Of a DNA stretch of 64,000 bases, positions 41,021 through 50,757 are shown one piece after another. The translations under genes were made by a program, and so were the position numbers. This DNA is from a virus. The notes under the pieces are model-generated. The model was not told the DNA's origin, searched no databases, and was given only the letters and a program-made list of their open reading frames with translations. Each line of letters starts with the position of its first letter. Position 1 is the first letter of the stretch. The DNA lies in the IMG/VR virus record IMGVR_UViG_3300017917_003866, positions 8,520 to 72,519 of that record; one strand, 5' to 3'.

Positions 41021-43348
41021 ATGGCTTACACATCTACAGAAAGATTCATAAAATTTGGTAGTTATCTACTAATGGAGTATGACTATACTACTGCTCCAAC
41101 ACCTGAGCTTTATTACGTAAATACAGGTAATCCTGCAATAGGATTTGAGAAAATAGTCAATGGATACTTTAATAATTCTGTACAGATATTAAATAATCCA
41201 GCAGCAGAATCCACAACAGGAAACGTAAGAGATCTGAGTGTTGTACAGATAGACAAGAATAGATTTGTAACTCTAGATCAAGATTATCTTGTTCCTTATT
41301 TAGATACAGATTCGAAATTAACTCCGGTAAATAATCTTCCGGTAGTTTTCCCTTCAAATATCGGAGTTTATTATGATACGATAAAATTCCATATAGTAGC
41401 AGGATACAATTTCGAGAATATAGATGGTATTATATTAAAAGGAGAATTTCAAGAAAGGACCGGGAAAAAAGCAACTATCTTTCAAAGATTAATAACAAAA
41501 TCTGATACATCTTCGGTAGTTCTTAATCCTAATCCTATTTATTTAGGAGGTGCTCTTTATGATCACTATATAGAGATTAAGATCCCTGCTTATGCTAATA
41601 TGGTTTATGAATTTGATATATTAGCAAACACACCAGCACAAGCTAGTACTTTAGCAGCTAAAATATCTTCAGACGGAAACGGATTTCTAAAAGACGCACC
41701 GGTAAATATAAGCTTATATGAAATAACCCAGAGTCTACTTAAAAATGGATACGAGAATTATATAGCTCAGTCTAGAAATTCTTTGTCTGTAATACCTAAG
41801 GATAATTTTTCATCTTTATCTGCAGTAATACAACAGAATCAATTTTACAATTACTTAGAATTTTATCCAACTTGGGATGGAAACTTCTTAGAAGATTTCT
41901 TAAATGCTGAAGGTAAGGTAGGAAATGTTTATTATGTAATAAATGAAATAGAAGTAAAAGAACAAGTTGGATTATCATATATTACAACGTACAATTTTAC
42001 TAGTACACAAACACAGGATTTTAATGCCCCTAGCATATTTAGACCTGTCCTTATAAATCCTTTAACTACATCATTCTTGGTTAATTATACTATGAGACTA
42101 GTTAACAAAGGAAATCAGAATCAGATAATTAGAAGATCTTCTTTTAGCTCTTTTGACGTAAACAAATATGGAAGAGAAAATAACATTATATCACTTACAA
42201 CTGGTGCTTACTCACAGAAGGTTTATAATAAGATAGTACAAGCACCAAATGTTATATCAGGTGGCGTTATTCCTAATCCAGCAACTCCTATCGAGAAGAG
42301 AATACCTGTATTTTACAAGGATAACAATATCTCAATAACAAAAGAAACATTGGTTGTTGATAAAAATGGAAATTTAATATCTGAGACATCCGTTCCTGGA
42401 GCAACTCAAATATTCGGACAGGGTAAAGCAAAAATAGTCGTGGATCCTTTTGACAACTTCTATAAGTTTACTGTCTATAATTATAAAGAGGGTACTTCGC
42501 CAGAAATATTAGATCTTGGAACTTCACTTAGCTATTTTATAGTTTTTCTAGATAGCAGTGGTCAGAGTGTAAGAGTTGAAAATATAAAAAATAAGAATGC
42601 GGTATCCAATCCTTCTGCAGGACAAATAGCATTTAAAGTAGTAGATACTAATTCCAAAAAGATACTAGGATTTATCTCTAGGGATTTTTATATTATAACA
42701 AAAACACAAGACGGAACAGAGACTAAATTATATTCAGGATCTTGGGAGACACAAGCTGAATATGTAGCAAGAACAACGGTAACTACGACTACAACATCTG
42801 CTACTGGAGTTACTGGAGCAGCGGTTGTTACAACTACAGAAGTTGCAGTTACAGGAGCAAGTGGATCTACTGGAGCTAGTATAAATAAAGGTAATCAGAT
42901 AGCTTCTAAAGTTCCTTTAACTAAAGTTATAAAAAATATTAAGCCTTATACATTAGGAAGCAGTTCTATCCTGAGTGTTAAACCTGCATCAATGCTTAAC
43001 ACAACGGGAGGATTTGTAAAAACCGGTAAAGGGGAAAGTACTACTCCTTTAAAAAGTAGTAGTCAAGTTAACAATATAAACATAGATGCTTTAGCAGATT
43101 CTATCTCCGGAAGAGAATCCCAAGGATTGGATGTACAAAAAGTAGTTAACTATTACTTTACACCTGGAGCACCTGGATCTAATCTATTTAAAGGACTTAA
43201 AGCAAGCCAGTTCTTAACTGCAGCTCTTCAGGTCCATCCTAAATTAGAAAATGGAGCATTTGATAAAAAATATATACAATATTGTAATGCTTTAGGATTC
43301 CCTGTTACTGATAATCCTAATTCGGCAAAAAATAATCCTAATAAATGA
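41021..43348 (+). CDS. Virion structural protein
   Basis: 775 aa, beta-rich with Thr-rich linker; GATATATA motif upstream. Confidence 0.5.
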   Translation: MAYTSTERFIKFGSYLLMEYDYTTAPTPELYYVNTGNPAIGFEKIVNGYFNNSVQILNNPAAESTTGNVRDLSVVQIDKNRFVTLDQDYLVPYLDTDSKLTPVNNLPVVFPSNIGVYYDTIKFHIVAGYNFENIDGIILKGEFQERTGKKATIFQRLITKSDTSSVVLNPNPIYLGGALYDHYIEIKIPAYANMVYEFDILANTPAQASTLAAKISSDGNGFLKDAPVNISLYEITQSLLKNGYENYIAQSRNSLSVIPKDNFSSLSAVIQQNQFYNYLEFYPTWDGNFLEDFLNAEGKVGNVYYVINEIEVKEQVGLSYITTYNFTSTQTQDFNAPSIFRPVLINPLTTSFLVNYTMRLVNKGNQNQIIRRSSFSSFDVNKYGRENNIISLTTGAYSQKVYNKIVQAPNVISGGVIPNPATPIEKRIPVFYKDNNISITKETLVVDKNGNLISETSVPGATQIFGQGKAKIVVDPFDNFYKFTVYNYKEGTSPEILDLGTSLSYFIVFLDSSGQSVRVENIKNKNAVSNPSAGQIAFKVVDTNSKKILGFISRDFYIITKTQDGTETKLYSGSWETQAEYVARTTVTTTTTSATGVTGAAVVTTTEVAVTGASGSTGASINKGNQIASKVPLTKVIKNIKPYTLGSSSILSVKPASMLNTTGGFVKTGKGESTTPLKSSSQVNNINIDALADSISGRESQGLDVQKVVNYYFTPGAPGSNLFKGLKASQFLTAALQVHPKLENGAFDKKYIQYCNALGFPVTDNPNSAKNNPNK

Positions 43349-43896
43349 TTTTAAATGCCAGGCAGAACGGCTTTATATTTAACTTCCCAAAGGGATTTAT
43401 TATACCAGAGGTCGTTCAGAAATATGAAAAATATATCAATAGGATGCCAATTCCTTATGATACTGTAGATACTTTTATAAACTCTACTATACAGCAGGTA
43501 AATTTTCCTACGCTGAGAACTATAGATAGCGTTGAGCAAATAAGACCCGGTGGTTTTAAGCAGTCTTATAAAAGTGCTACAACTCTTCAAAATTTAATTC
43601 AAAGGGATTTTACAGTCACTTTTAAATTAGGTGAGGGTTTTATAAACTATTGGGTCCTTTATGAAAATATAATAAAATTCTTAGATTTCCAGAATCCTAA
43701 CGAGTACCTTCCGGACTTTAGATTACTAATGCTAGATAATGATGGTGTAGTTATGACTAGTGTTCTTTTACAACAGCCGATATATACATCACTGTCGGAG
43801 ATACAATTAAACTATGCTAGTACTACTCCGCAATTTTCAACATTCAGCATAGGATTTAAATGTAATTATGTTAATGTCAAACTTGAAATTGGATAG
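43345..43896 (+). CDS. Tail completion/tube-fold protein (T4 gp3/gp19-like)
   Basis: FTVTFKLGEGFINYW...LLMLDNDG...TSLSEIQLNY...FSIGFKCNY pattern; 183 aa. Confidence 0.55.
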   Translation: MILNARQNGFIFNFPKGFIIPEVVQKYEKYINRMPIPYDTVDTFINSTIQQVNFPTLRTIDSVEQIRPGGFKQSYKSATTLQNLIQRDFTVTFKLGEGFINYWVLYENIIKFLDFQNPNEYLPDFRLLMLDNDGVVMTSVLLQQPIYTSLSEIQLNYASTTPQFSTFSIGFKCNYVNVKLEIG

Positions 43897-44569
43897 GATA
43901 ATAGGAATAGATTTCTCTTTAAATAGTCCAGGCTTTTGTATTTTAGAATCTGATAGCTGTAAATGGATTAGTCTACATCGAACAAAAAACATAATAGACA
44001 AGATGTTAAAAAAGGAGGGATCTCCTTTTAAAATCCTAAATGATAATTCTAGCGTAGACATAAATATTATAGAGAAGAAGGAATTCAAAGGCGAATATCA
44101 CATAATAGAAAGGGATAAAATAGTTAATGCTGTTTATTTTTCAGAGGTAGTTATGGATCTATTAAATCCTTATTTAGATGGAAGCACCATAGTAGGAATG
44201 GAAGGATTATCTTTTGGATCTTCTGGTAATTCTTTAATTGATATCTCAATGACCACAGCATTAGTTAGATCATCTATAATTAAAAAGATAGATCCTAATA
44301 ATTTTTTTGTTCTGTCCCCTACTACAATTAAAAAATATGCTCTAAAAGGCAATTCAAAAAAAGACGAGCTTTATAATACATTAATAGAAAAAAGAATAGA
44401 AGATAATAGGCTTAAGCCATTTTTAAACGTTTTAAAAGAATATAGGGATTCATGGATTAAAGGATCTAACAAAGTTGAGGGTCCTTGTTCTGACTTAGTT
44501 GATGCAACATGGATATCTTTATTCGTTGAGGAGAATTTAGAGAAACTTTTACTTGGTAAGAAGGTATAA
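43868..44569 (+). CDS. RuvC-like Holliday junction resolvase
   Basis: IIGIDFSLNSPG, VGMEGLSFGS, PTTIKKYA..GNSKK, DLVDA; the start may be the ATG at 43874. Confidence 0.8.
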   Translation: MLMSNLKLDRIIGIDFSLNSPGFCILESDSCKWISLHRTKNIIDKMLKKEGSPFKILNDNSSVDINIIEKKEFKGEYHIIERDKIVNAVYFSEVVMDLLNPYLDGSTIVGMEGLSFGSSGNSLIDISMTTALVRSSIIKKIDPNNFFVLSPTTIKKYALKGNSKKDELYNTLIEKRIEDNRLKPFLNVLKEYRDSWIKGSNKVEGPCSDLVDATWISLFVEENLEKLLLGKKV

Positions 44570-44609
44570 GTATTAAATAATAAGTAATAATTTAAATAAT
44601 TTAAGAATC

Positions 44610-45569
44610 ATGGAAGAAAATTTTGACATTTTTAATCTGGACAATGAGGCATTTGTTAAACAAGAAGTTAAAAGAGATGAGGATGAGTTTATCTATAAAC
44701 CTTATCCTGAATTAGGAAAAGATGGTGTTTATAAATCTTTGGTTAGATTTTTACCAAACATCACTAATCCAAAAAAATCAAAAATTCACCAATATTATGT
44801 TTGGTTGAAAGATCCAGTAGATGGTGCAAATCACAAAGCTATTTGTCCTTCTACAGTAGGTAAGAAATCAGTTCTTAAAGACCTATACTGGAAGCTAAAA
44901 AATTCTGCTTCTGCTAAAGATCAGGAAATTTCTAAAGCTTTCTCAAGAAAAGAAGATTTCTATTCATTAATTCAAGTAGTTAAAGATGCTAATAGACCTG
45001 ATTTAGAAGGGAAAATTATGATCTTTAAATTCGGTCGAAAAGTTAATGATATGATCGAACAACAAATTAAACCAGAATTCGGTAATCCTTCTAACCCTTA
45101 CGATTTATTCGAAGGTAAAAACTTTGGTATTCAAGTTAGAAAGGTTGGAGAATGGAACAACTATGACCTTTGTCAATTTGTTGGAGATAAAATGCCAATA
45201 ATGATTAACGGGGAAGCGGTTGAAAAAACTGAAGAAGGTAGAGAAATAGTAACAAAATATCTAAAGACTGGACCTCTAGATTTAGATAAGTATGATTACA
45301 ACGATTGGAGTGACGAAGAGACTGAAAAGATCATGAGAATTATTAGAAACACTATTCCTGACGGAAGAATGGTTTCTGAAATTATCGGTTCTAGTGTAGA
45401 TTCTAAATCTTCTCCTGCAACTTCTGTTGAGGATTTTTACGAGCAAGCTAATACCTCACAGACTACCGGATATGCTGAAGACGAAGAGACTTCTGCTCCT
45501 TCCAAACCAGCTAAAACCGCTACTAAAAAATCAGCACCATCTTTGGACGATCTTTATAATGATCTATAA
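44610..45569 (+). CDS. Single-stranded DNA-binding protein, T4 gp32-like
   Basis: LVRFLP, VVKDANRPDLEGKIMIFKFGRKV, NPYDLFEGKNF, acidic C-terminus LDDLYNDL. Confidence 0.85.
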   Translation: MEENFDIFNLDNEAFVKQEVKRDEDEFIYKPYPELGKDGVYKSLVRFLPNITNPKKSKIHQYYVWLKDPVDGANHKAICPSTVGKKSVLKDLYWKLKNSASAKDQEISKAFSRKEDFYSLIQVVKDANRPDLEGKIMIFKFGRKVNDMIEQQIKPEFGNPSNPYDLFEGKNFGIQVRKVGEWNNYDLCQFVGDKMPIMINGEAVEKTEEGREIVTKYLKTGPLDLDKYDYNDWSDEETEKIMRIIRNTIPDGRMVSEIIGSSVDSKSSPATSVEDFYEQANTSQTTGYAEDEETSAPSKPAKTATKKSAPSLDDLYNDL

Positions 45570-45583
45570 AAAAATAGATTATT

Positions 45584-46657
45584 ATGGAAACAAAGGATAT
45601 AAGTGGACTATCTGTAGATAGGGTAAAAGGAATAGTATCTTCCGCTCTACTTAAGTTCTTTGGAAATGATCCTCAAAGATTAAAAATCTACCAAGGGGGC
45701 AACAGATTAAACTTCTGTTGCCCTTATTGTGGAGATTCGAAAGATCCAAAGAAAAAGAGAGGAAACCTATACACAGACACATTAACGTATAAATGCTATA
45801 ACGGAGGATGTGGAGTTTTTAAAAATTTAAATCAATTTACAAGGGATTTTGAAATCCAATCGATGCTAACTTCTGACGAGATATCAGAGATAGCAACAAT
45901 TTCTAGAGATTCTACAATAAGGAAAAAAATAAGGAACTCTTTGGATTATTTCTTCGCAGAAAATTATAAAGACATATTAATTGACAGGGAAGAATTTAAA
46001 GAAAAATTAGGTCTAATAGAATTAGAAGGAACATACGGAGAAAAATGGTTAAAAGAAAGAAATCATTTTCCCGATTCTAAGTTCTTGTGGGATCCTTACA
46101 GAAGGAATCTTTATCTTTTAAACCTTTCAGGAGACGAGAAAAAAATCCTAGGAATACAAATACGGCCAGTAGTTAAAAAGAATGGAGGTAGCAAATACTA
46201 TACATATAAGTTAAGTGGTATTTATAAAAATCTATTAAAGATAACAGATTCGGAGATTATATTAAAGGCAGAGGAAGTAGATCCTATATCAAATGTATTC
46301 GGATTTTCAACAGTTGACCTAGATAGTATGATTACGACTTTCGAAGGTCCTTTAGATGCTTGGCTTTGTCCTAATTCCATAGCTCTCTGTTCTATAAACA
46401 ATCCATTCCCTTTTGAAGTTACAAATAAAAGATGGATGTTAGATGGGGATGATGTTGGTAGACAAAAAGCTAGAGAATTTCTAGAGAATGGGGAACAGGT
46501 TTTTCTTTGGGGTAGATTTATAAAAGAATGTGATTTACCAGAAAGAGATAAATGGGATCTTAATGATGTTGTTAATTACGTTAGATCCACTGGAAAGAAG
46601 ATAAAGAGACTTGATAATTTCTTTTCTTCCGACAAATGGGATATTATAGATGTATGA
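45584..46657 (+). CDS. DNA primase, T4 gp61-like
   Basis: Zn finger NFCCPYCGDS...KKRG...YKCYNGGC; TOPRIM FEGPLDA and LDGDDVG; DLND. Confidence 0.88.
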   Translation: METKDISGLSVDRVKGIVSSALLKFFGNDPQRLKIYQGGNRLNFCCPYCGDSKDPKKKRGNLYTDTLTYKCYNGGCGVFKNLNQFTRDFEIQSMLTSDEISEIATISRDSTIRKKIRNSLDYFFAENYKDILIDREEFKEKLGLIELEGTYGEKWLKERNHFPDSKFLWDPYRRNLYLLNLSGDEKKILGIQIRPVVKKNGGSKYYTYKLSGIYKNLLKITDSEIILKAEEVDPISNVFGFSTVDLDSMITTFEGPLDAWLCPNSIALCSINNPFPFEVTNKRWMLDGDDVGRQKAREFLENGEQVFLWGRFIKECDLPERDKWDLNDVVNYVRSTGKKIKRLDNFFSSDKWDIIDV

Positions 46658-46842
46658 GAAAGAAAAAGGAGAACAATAATAAGATAAAATTTCCAGTAGA
46701 AATCAAAGGTGATTTTGAGCTTCCTGATTTTGATGTTTCTGAAAACTTTTCAGTACCTAAACTAAAAAATAAGATAAGTTCGGAAGTTAAAGAAGTAACT
46801 AAAATAAAGAAAAATAAATGTCAGAGCAACAGTCTAATGTAG
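46636..46842 (+). CDS. Small hypothetical protein
   Basis: Lys-rich ORF bridging primase and UvsY; true start is probably the ATG overlapping the primase stop. Confidence 0.4.
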   Translation: MGYYRCMRKKKENNNKIKFPVEIKGDFELPDFDVSENFSVPKLKNKISSEVKEVTKIKKNKCQSNSLM

Positions 46843-47285
46843 AGAAAAAAGATTTCGCTAGGGATTTCCAACTAGATAGAGAAGAGTGGACTGAAAAAAT
46901 AAGAACCCTTTCTATCAGGATGAAAAATATTAGAGAACTTGCGGAGGTTCAAGTTGATCTTTATTCTAGTAGACAGATTCTTTTAGAAATGTATTCTAAA
47001 CTTGGTCAGGTGATGGTTAAACTTAATGCTAAGTATAGGAAGGATAAAGCTGAAAGACTTAGATATTATTCTGAATCAGTTCAGGTTAAATACGGAGCTA
47101 ACGAGAAGACGCCTTTAATTGAAGGAGACTTATCAGAATTAAAAGAAAGAATGGATTTAGTAGATGGACAAATATCATTCTTTAATGAGACTATGAAAAC
47201 CGTAGATCATATGCTATATGGTGTGAAGAGTCGAATAGCACTGGAGGAATATTTAAGATCCGGCGCGGTTAAAAATAATTATTAA
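46818..47285 (+). CDS. uvsY: UvsY-like recombination mediator
   Basis: Helical 155 aa protein with RLRYYS, immediately upstream of UvsW as in T4-like phages. Confidence 0.6.
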   Translation: MSEQQSNVEKKDFARDFQLDREEWTEKIRTLSIRMKNIRELAEVQVDLYSSRQILLEMYSKLGQVMVKLNAKYRKDKAERLRYYSESVQVKYGANEKTPLIEGDLSELKERMDLVDGQISFFNETMKTVDHMLYGVKSRIALEEYLRSGAVKNNY

Positions 47286-47287
47286 TA

Positions 47288-48829
47288 ATGTTAATATTTA
47301 GAGTAAGTGAGGACAACAACTGGCTAAGTTTAATAGATTATTCAGAAGAATTTGAAAGGAAACAGATAGACATATCCTTAACTAAAAAAATACATAATCA
47401 CTTTTTTCATCCCCTTGTTAAGAAAAAACATTGGGATGGGTCTATATGTTTCGTAGACAAAAAGCTTCCTGTATGGAGAGTTCCTATAGGATTATGGTCT
47501 GAAATTTATCAGATATGCGAAAAATATAAGATAGAGGTAAAGATTGAAGGACTCGAGAGATTAATAGATCAGAATTTTACATTAGAAATCTTTACTGATT
47601 GGTGTAATAATTTCTTTAAAGGAGGAGTTGGTGGGGATCCTAATAAAATGCCTAGAGACTATCAGATAGAAACTGCATGGAAAATAATAAAATTTAAACT
47701 TTCGGTTTCTGAGGTTGCTACTAGCTCAGGAAAAACACTGATTGCTTTTATTGTTATGGCTTATCTTAAGGAAGTAATGAAAGTTAAAAAATTCCTTATG
47801 ATAGTTCCTAATACTAATCTAGTTCTCCAAGGTTCCGAAGATTTTGAAGAATACGGATTAGAGAAACTGGAAGATTGCGAGATTCAGCAGATCCATGGAT
47901 CTAACAAGAAAAAAATATCGGGAGGGCTAATGATAGGTACTTATCAATCTTTGGTTAAGATGGAGCCTGAGTTCTTTGACGACGTGGAAGCGGTTTTTGT
48001 TGACGAGTGTCACCAAGCTCAAAGTGCATCGATTAAAAAAGTAGTAGCACTTTGTAAAGATTCTAAATGGAGATTTGGGTTATCAGGAACTTTAGCAAAT
48101 AAAAACACTGCGGAGTATTTAACTATTCAGCAATTCTTGGGTCCACTAATAATGGAAATATCCCCTAAGTTCCTATTTGATAATAAGTATGCTACCCCGG
48201 TTTCTATCAAGATTGTAAAGATGGATTGGATGGATCCTGAAGTAAAACAAAAACTATCATCTCTAAAGGAAAATAAAACCGAAATGGAGGGTAATGATCT
48301 ATTTAATCTGGAAAGAAAATTAGTAGTAGCATCAGATAAAAGACTTAATTATATAATAGATTTCGTTCTTAAGACCTCTAAAAATTCATTAATACTTTTC
48401 CAGTCAGTAGGAGAAGGATACGGTAAAAAGATATATGACGGAATAAAAGAAAAATCTAATGATAGAGAAGTTTATTATATAGATGGGGATACTGATCCTG
48501 ATAAGAGGGATATTTTTACTAAAAGAATGGAAGATGGTACTAATAAAATAATGGTTGCTTCTTTCGGTACAATGTCTACTGGTATTTCTGTAAAAAATAT
48601 ACATAACATATTTCTAACAGAGTCTTATAAATCGGAGGTTTTGATAAAACAAAGTTTGGGTAGGGGAATGAGATTATTTGAGGGAAAGGAGAAAGTTAAT
48701 ATAATAGACTTTGTTGATGATTTTGCATGGGAGGGAAAGGAAAACTATTTATTAAAGCATTCTAAAGAGAGAATAGAAATTTATAAGAGAGAGCATTTTG
48801 ATTATAAGATCTATAACGTCAAAATTTAG
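47288..48829 (+). CDS. uvsW: UvsW-like SF2 DNA helicase
   Basis: PRDYQ, ATSSGKT, VDECH, GLSGT, STGISVKNIH, QSLGRGMR. Confidence 0.92.
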   Translation: MLIFRVSEDNNWLSLIDYSEEFERKQIDISLTKKIHNHFFHPLVKKKHWDGSICFVDKKLPVWRVPIGLWSEIYQICEKYKIEVKIEGLERLIDQNFTLEIFTDWCNNFFKGGVGGDPNKMPRDYQIETAWKIIKFKLSVSEVATSSGKTLIAFIVMAYLKEVMKVKKFLMIVPNTNLVLQGSEDFEEYGLEKLEDCEIQQIHGSNKKKISGGLMIGTYQSLVKMEPEFFDDVEAVFVDECHQAQSASIKKVVALCKDSKWRFGLSGTLANKNTAEYLTIQQFLGPLIMEISPKFLFDNKYATPVSIKIVKMDWMDPEVKQKLSSLKENKTEMEGNDLFNLERKLVVASDKRLNYIIDFVLKTSKNSLILFQSVGEGYGKKIYDGIKEKSNDREVYYIDGDTDPDKRDIFTKRMEDGTNKIMVASFGTMSTGISVKNIHNIFLTESYKSEVLIKQSLGRGMRLFEGKEKVNIIDFVDDFAWEGKENYLLKHSKERIEIYKREHFDYKIYNVKI

Positions 48830-48836
48830 GAAATAG

Positions 48837-48844
48837 GATATATA
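48837..48844 (+). promoter_or_regulatory. Candidate late promoter (GATATATA)
   Basis: Right after uvsW, at the start of the putative head-protein cluster. Confidence 0.5.
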
Positions 48845-48862
48845 GAGTAGAAATAAAGTACT

Positions 48863-49471
48863 TTGATGCAAAAAATTAAAAACTTTAAGGATTTTTGTCA
48901 AATTAATGAGTCTAACGAGGAGCTTTTTTTTAGAAGGCATCTTGGTAATAACGCTTCAAGCTATGATGATCGTGCTAAAAATCATTATGATTTAGGTGAT
49001 AATCCTTCAGTGTTACAAAAAACTAAAAACTTCTTCCAAAAAATGGAAGATAGAATCAATAGAGCTGCTGAAATAGGTAAACAACAAGTTAGACAAAATA
49101 GAGCAAGCAGAACTCACGGAGGTCCTGATACAGGATTCGAAATTCTTTTCGGATCCTTATCTGTGGTTCCTAATGTGTTAAAAAGAGTATTTGCCCCTAC
49201 TAAATATGAGTTTACTAAGAAAGCACCTAGTGAAGATAAGGTAGATCTAGAATTTATGAGGCATACAAATGAAGATTTTGCTCAAAACGAACTTCCTAAT
49301 ATCAAAACTGAGGATCAGTTAGCTGATCATATAGGTGATTTATATAATAGAGGTGATGTTGTAATGGGCCAAGTACCAGTATTAGATGATATAGCTAGAA
49401 ATAGGGTAAATCTTTATTACCAACATCAGGCAAATCCATCCCAACCTATATTCCAAACAAATAATGTATAA
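48863..49471 (+). CDS. Hypothetical protein, putative internal head protein
   Basis: N-terminus MQKIKNFKDFCQINES (ATG at 48866); GATATATA upstream. Confidence 0.6.
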   Translation: MMQKIKNFKDFCQINESNEELFFRRHLGNNASSYDDRAKNHYDLGDNPSVLQKTKNFFQKMEDRINRAAEIGKQQVRQNRASRTHGGPDTGFEILFGSLSVVPNVLKRVFAPTKYEFTKKAPSEDKVDLEFMRHTNEDFAQNELPNIKTEDQLADHIGDLYNRGDVVMGQVPVLDDIARNRVNLYYQHQANPSQPIFQTNNV

Positions 49472-49474
49472 AAA

Positions 49475-50311
49475 ATGAAAAAATTCTCTTTAGCAGTAGA
49501 AAAAAAGAAAGAAGAACTAAAAGAAAGTCAGATAGTTAATGAAAGAAACATGTATCTTGAGTTCTCAAAGAAATATCATAAAAAACATGGTGTTTCTGGT
49601 CCTTTTGATAAAAAATTTAATGGGGACGAAAAAGAACAAGAAAAATACATGGATGGTCTATCAAAAGCTTGGACTGAGTACAAAAAAGAGAAAGGTATAA
49701 AACCTAAATCTAGCGGATCCAAGTTTGATTTTGCAAAGAAGAAGGTTAACGAATCTAAAGCACTTGAAATGGCTAAAAGCATGATAGGTGACGGAGGAGA
49801 TCCTAACTATCACTTTGTAACAATGTGCGACGATTTCTATTTTGATAAAACCGGAGAGATGGTAAGATATAGCAAAGATATGCTTTCGTCTCCTCTTAAA
49901 GTAAAAACAACTCCCGACCTAGGAGCTTATACTTTTGGTCCTTTTGCAAATTTAGAAGAATCAAAAATGTTTGCTGCAAGTATAGAATTAGACGAGATCA
50001 ACGGTCCTAGAATGGTAACAATAGAGGATAGAAAAACTGGTGAGGTTTATACTAGATATTTGACTTGTAAAATGCAACCAGTTTGGAATGAAATTGAAGA
50101 GGAAGAGGATATCGAAGACGAGGAGGAAGAATACGAAGATCCTAATTCTGAATATACTTACGGAGAAGAACACGAGGAGGATCACGACGAGACTGAGGAT
50201 GAGGAAGATGAGGACGAAGAAGATGGTGATGAATATACTGCTACTATACCTCAAGGAGACGATGATGAAGTCGAAGACGAAATTGAAGACGAATACGACG
50301 AAGAAGAATAA
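49475..50311 (+). CDS. Hypothetical protein with long acidic C-terminal tail
   Basis: 278 aa; LKES/VNE/VNES sites; last ~70 aa are mostly Asp/Glu. Confidence 0.65.
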   Translation: MKKFSLAVEKKKEELKESQIVNERNMYLEFSKKYHKKHGVSGPFDKKFNGDEKEQEKYMDGLSKAWTEYKKEKGIKPKSSGSKFDFAKKKVNESKALEMAKSMIGDGGDPNYHFVTMCDDFYFDKTGEMVRYSKDMLSSPLKVKTTPDLGAYTFGPFANLEESKMFAASIELDEINGPRMVTIEDRKTGEVYTRYLTCKMQPVWNEIEEEEDIEDEEEEYEDPNSEYTYGEEHEEDHDETEDEEDEDEEDGDEYTATIPQGDDDEVEDEIEDEYDEEE

Positions 50312-50313
50312 AA

Positions 50314-50757
50314 ATGTTTAATCCTATACAGAGTACAGCACTTTATCCAGTTTTACAGCATTATACAGGATGTAAGATATCTTCAATATCTTTAGAGGGA
50401 GATGATTTTATATTCAAAACACTTTTAGGAGAAAATGGTATACTCAAGGAGGATATTACGGGAAACTGGAGTATTAAAATAGGACAAGAGCTTGTTTATA
50501 CGATAGAAAAAGATATTTTCAATGTATTGATCAATCCGGACAAAAAAAGCTCTTTAGAAGACTACATAGATATACTAAATGATCTATTTAATAATAAGGA
50601 TATAAGTTATAGATCTAGACTTTTAGTAGTAAATATCATGAAATTTTTAGAGGAATATATAATAAGTTCAGATTTCGTCCCTAAGAAAAGCTTAAGGATA
50701 GGACCTCTTTTAATTTATAATTTAAAAGGTAGAAAAATTATTAATTGTTTAAACTGA
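50314..50757 (+). CDS. Hypothetical protein
   Basis: 147 aa ORF tightly packed in operon. Confidence 0.55.
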   Translation: MFNPIQSTALYPVLQHYTGCKISSISLEGDDFIFKTLLGENGILKEDITGNWSIKIGQELVYTIEKDIFNVLINPDKKSSLEDYIDILNDLFNNKDISYRSRLLVVNIMKFLEEYIISSDFVPKKSLRIGPLLIYNLKGRKIINCLN

